Positions 62,751 to 64,000 of a DNA stretch of 64,000 bases are shown here, piece after piece. The notes under the pieces were generated by a model. The model worked only from the letters and a program-made list of their open reading frames with translations, made no database searches and was not told the DNA's origin. Origin of the DNA: Eledone cirrhosa (taxonomy: Eukaryota); contig OZ024740.1 of assembly GCA_964016885.1 (NCBI GenBank), positions 25,792,001-25,856,000 of the forward strand, in the 5' to 3' direction. Both the position numbers and the translations under genes were made by a program. Numbering within the stretch: the first letter of the stretch is position 1; each line of letters starts with the position of its first letter.

Positions 62751-64000
62751 TATTGTAGTTGTAGTTACTTCTATTGTAGTTGTAGATACTTCTATTGTAG
62801 TTGTAGTTACTTCTATTGTAGTTGTAGATACTTCTATTGTAGTAATAGATACTTCTATTGTAGTTGCAGTTACTTCTATTGTAGTTGTAGATATTTCTAT
62901 TGTAGTTGTAGATACTTTTATTGTAGTTGTAGTTACTTCTATTTTAGTTGTAGTTACTTCTATTGTAGATGTAGTTACTTCTATTGTAGTTGTAGTTACT
63001 TCAATTGTAGTTGCAGTTACTTCTATTGTAGTTGTAGATACTTCTATTGTAGTTGTAGCTGTAGTTACTTCTATCCTAGTTTTAGTTACTTCTATTGTAG
63101 TTGTAACTACATCTATTGTAGTTGTAGTTACTTCTATTGTAGTTGTAGTTACTTCTATGATAGTTGTAGATACTTCTATTGTAGTTGTAGATACTTCTAT
63201 TGTAGTTGCAGTTACTTCAATTGTAGTTGTAGATACTCCTATTGTAGTTATAGTTGTTGATACTACTATTGTAGGTGTAGATATTCTATTGTAGTTGTAG
63301 TTATAGTTACTTCTATTGTAGTTGTAGATACTTCTATTGTAGTTGTAGATACTTTTATTGTAGTTGTAGTTACTTCTATTGTAGTTGTAGTTACTTCTAT
63401 TGTCGTTATAGTTATTTCTATTGTAGTTGTAGATACTCCTATTGTAGTTGTTGTTAATTCTATTTTAGTTGTAGATACTTCTATTGTAGTTATAGATACT
63501 TCTATTGTAGTTGTAGTTACTTCTAGTGTAGATGTTGTTACTTCTATTGTAGTTGTAGATACTTCTATTGTAGTTGTAGCTGTAGTTACTTCTATCCTAT
63601 TTGTAGTTACTTCTATTGTAGTAGCAGTTACTTCTATTGTATTTGTAGATACTTCTATTGTAGTTGTAGCTGTAGTTACTTCTATCCTTGTTGTAGTTAC
63701 TTCTATCGTAGATGTAGATACTTCTATTTTAGATGTAGTTACATCTTTTGTAGTTGTAGATACTTCTATTTTAGTTGTAGATACTTCTATTGTAGTTGTA
63801 ATTACTTCTATTGTAGTTTTAGTTAATTCTATTGTAGTTCTAGTTACTTCTATTATAGTTGTAGTTACTTCTATTGTAGTTGTAGATATTTCTATTGTAG
63901 TTGTAATTACTTCTATTGTAGTTGTAGTTACTTCTATTGTAGTTGTAGTTACTTCTATTGTAGTTATAGATACTTCTATTGTAGTTGTAGTTGTAGTTAC

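Larger units (their letters stand above)
8348..64000. repeat. 21-bp tandem satellite array, right segment (>55 kb); continues beyond the window end
   Basis: Same monomer and orientation as the left segment, with occasional shorter (19-20 bp) and longer (25, 26, 27 bp) monomers. No other unique sequence was seen. Confidence 0.99.

Noticed and set aside
454-63294. Giant + strand ORFs (VVVVTSI)n / (CSCSYFY)n up to 2,419 aa
   Set aside because: No codon of the Val frame (GTA GTT GTA GTT ACT TCT ATT) is one substitution from a stop, so long ORFs are expected neutrally. Starts are chance TTG/GTG/ATG variants, ORFs switch between repeat frames at indels, and the products are implausible.
1-64000. 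CRISPR array
   Set aside because: Monomers abut directly with no unique spacers, there are no cas genes, and the context is eukaryotic.
1-64000. Telomerase-synthesised long telomeric repeat (TG-rich strand bias, 21-bp unit)
   Set aside because: Variants are inherited in kb-scale duplicated blocks, implying recombinational amplification rather than templated addition. There are no G-runs. A subtelomeric location cannot be excluded.

Overview
This is eukaryotic (probably metazoan) non-genic DNA. About 97% of the window is one same-orientation tandem array of a 21-bp AT-rich satellite (consensus TTGTAGTTGTAGTTACTTCTA), organised into nested kb-scale higher-order duplications and more diverged beyond ~56 kb. 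The only non-satellite sequence is a young 2,138-bp non-autonomous LTR retroelement at 6210..8347 (+). It has two 366-bp LTRs differing at 3 positions, a 4-bp TSD (CTTC), TG...TA ends, a tRNA-Trp primer-binding site and a short PPT, but no recognisable gag/pol. The most unusual signal is the PBS. Complementarity to tRNA-Trp runs ~32 nt, through the T-loop, with a mismatch exactly opposite A58 (m1A58). It is followed by a second, degenerate copy of the LTR end plus PBS. The giant ORFs in the ORF track are artefacts of the satellite's codon structure, and no credible protein-coding gene was found.
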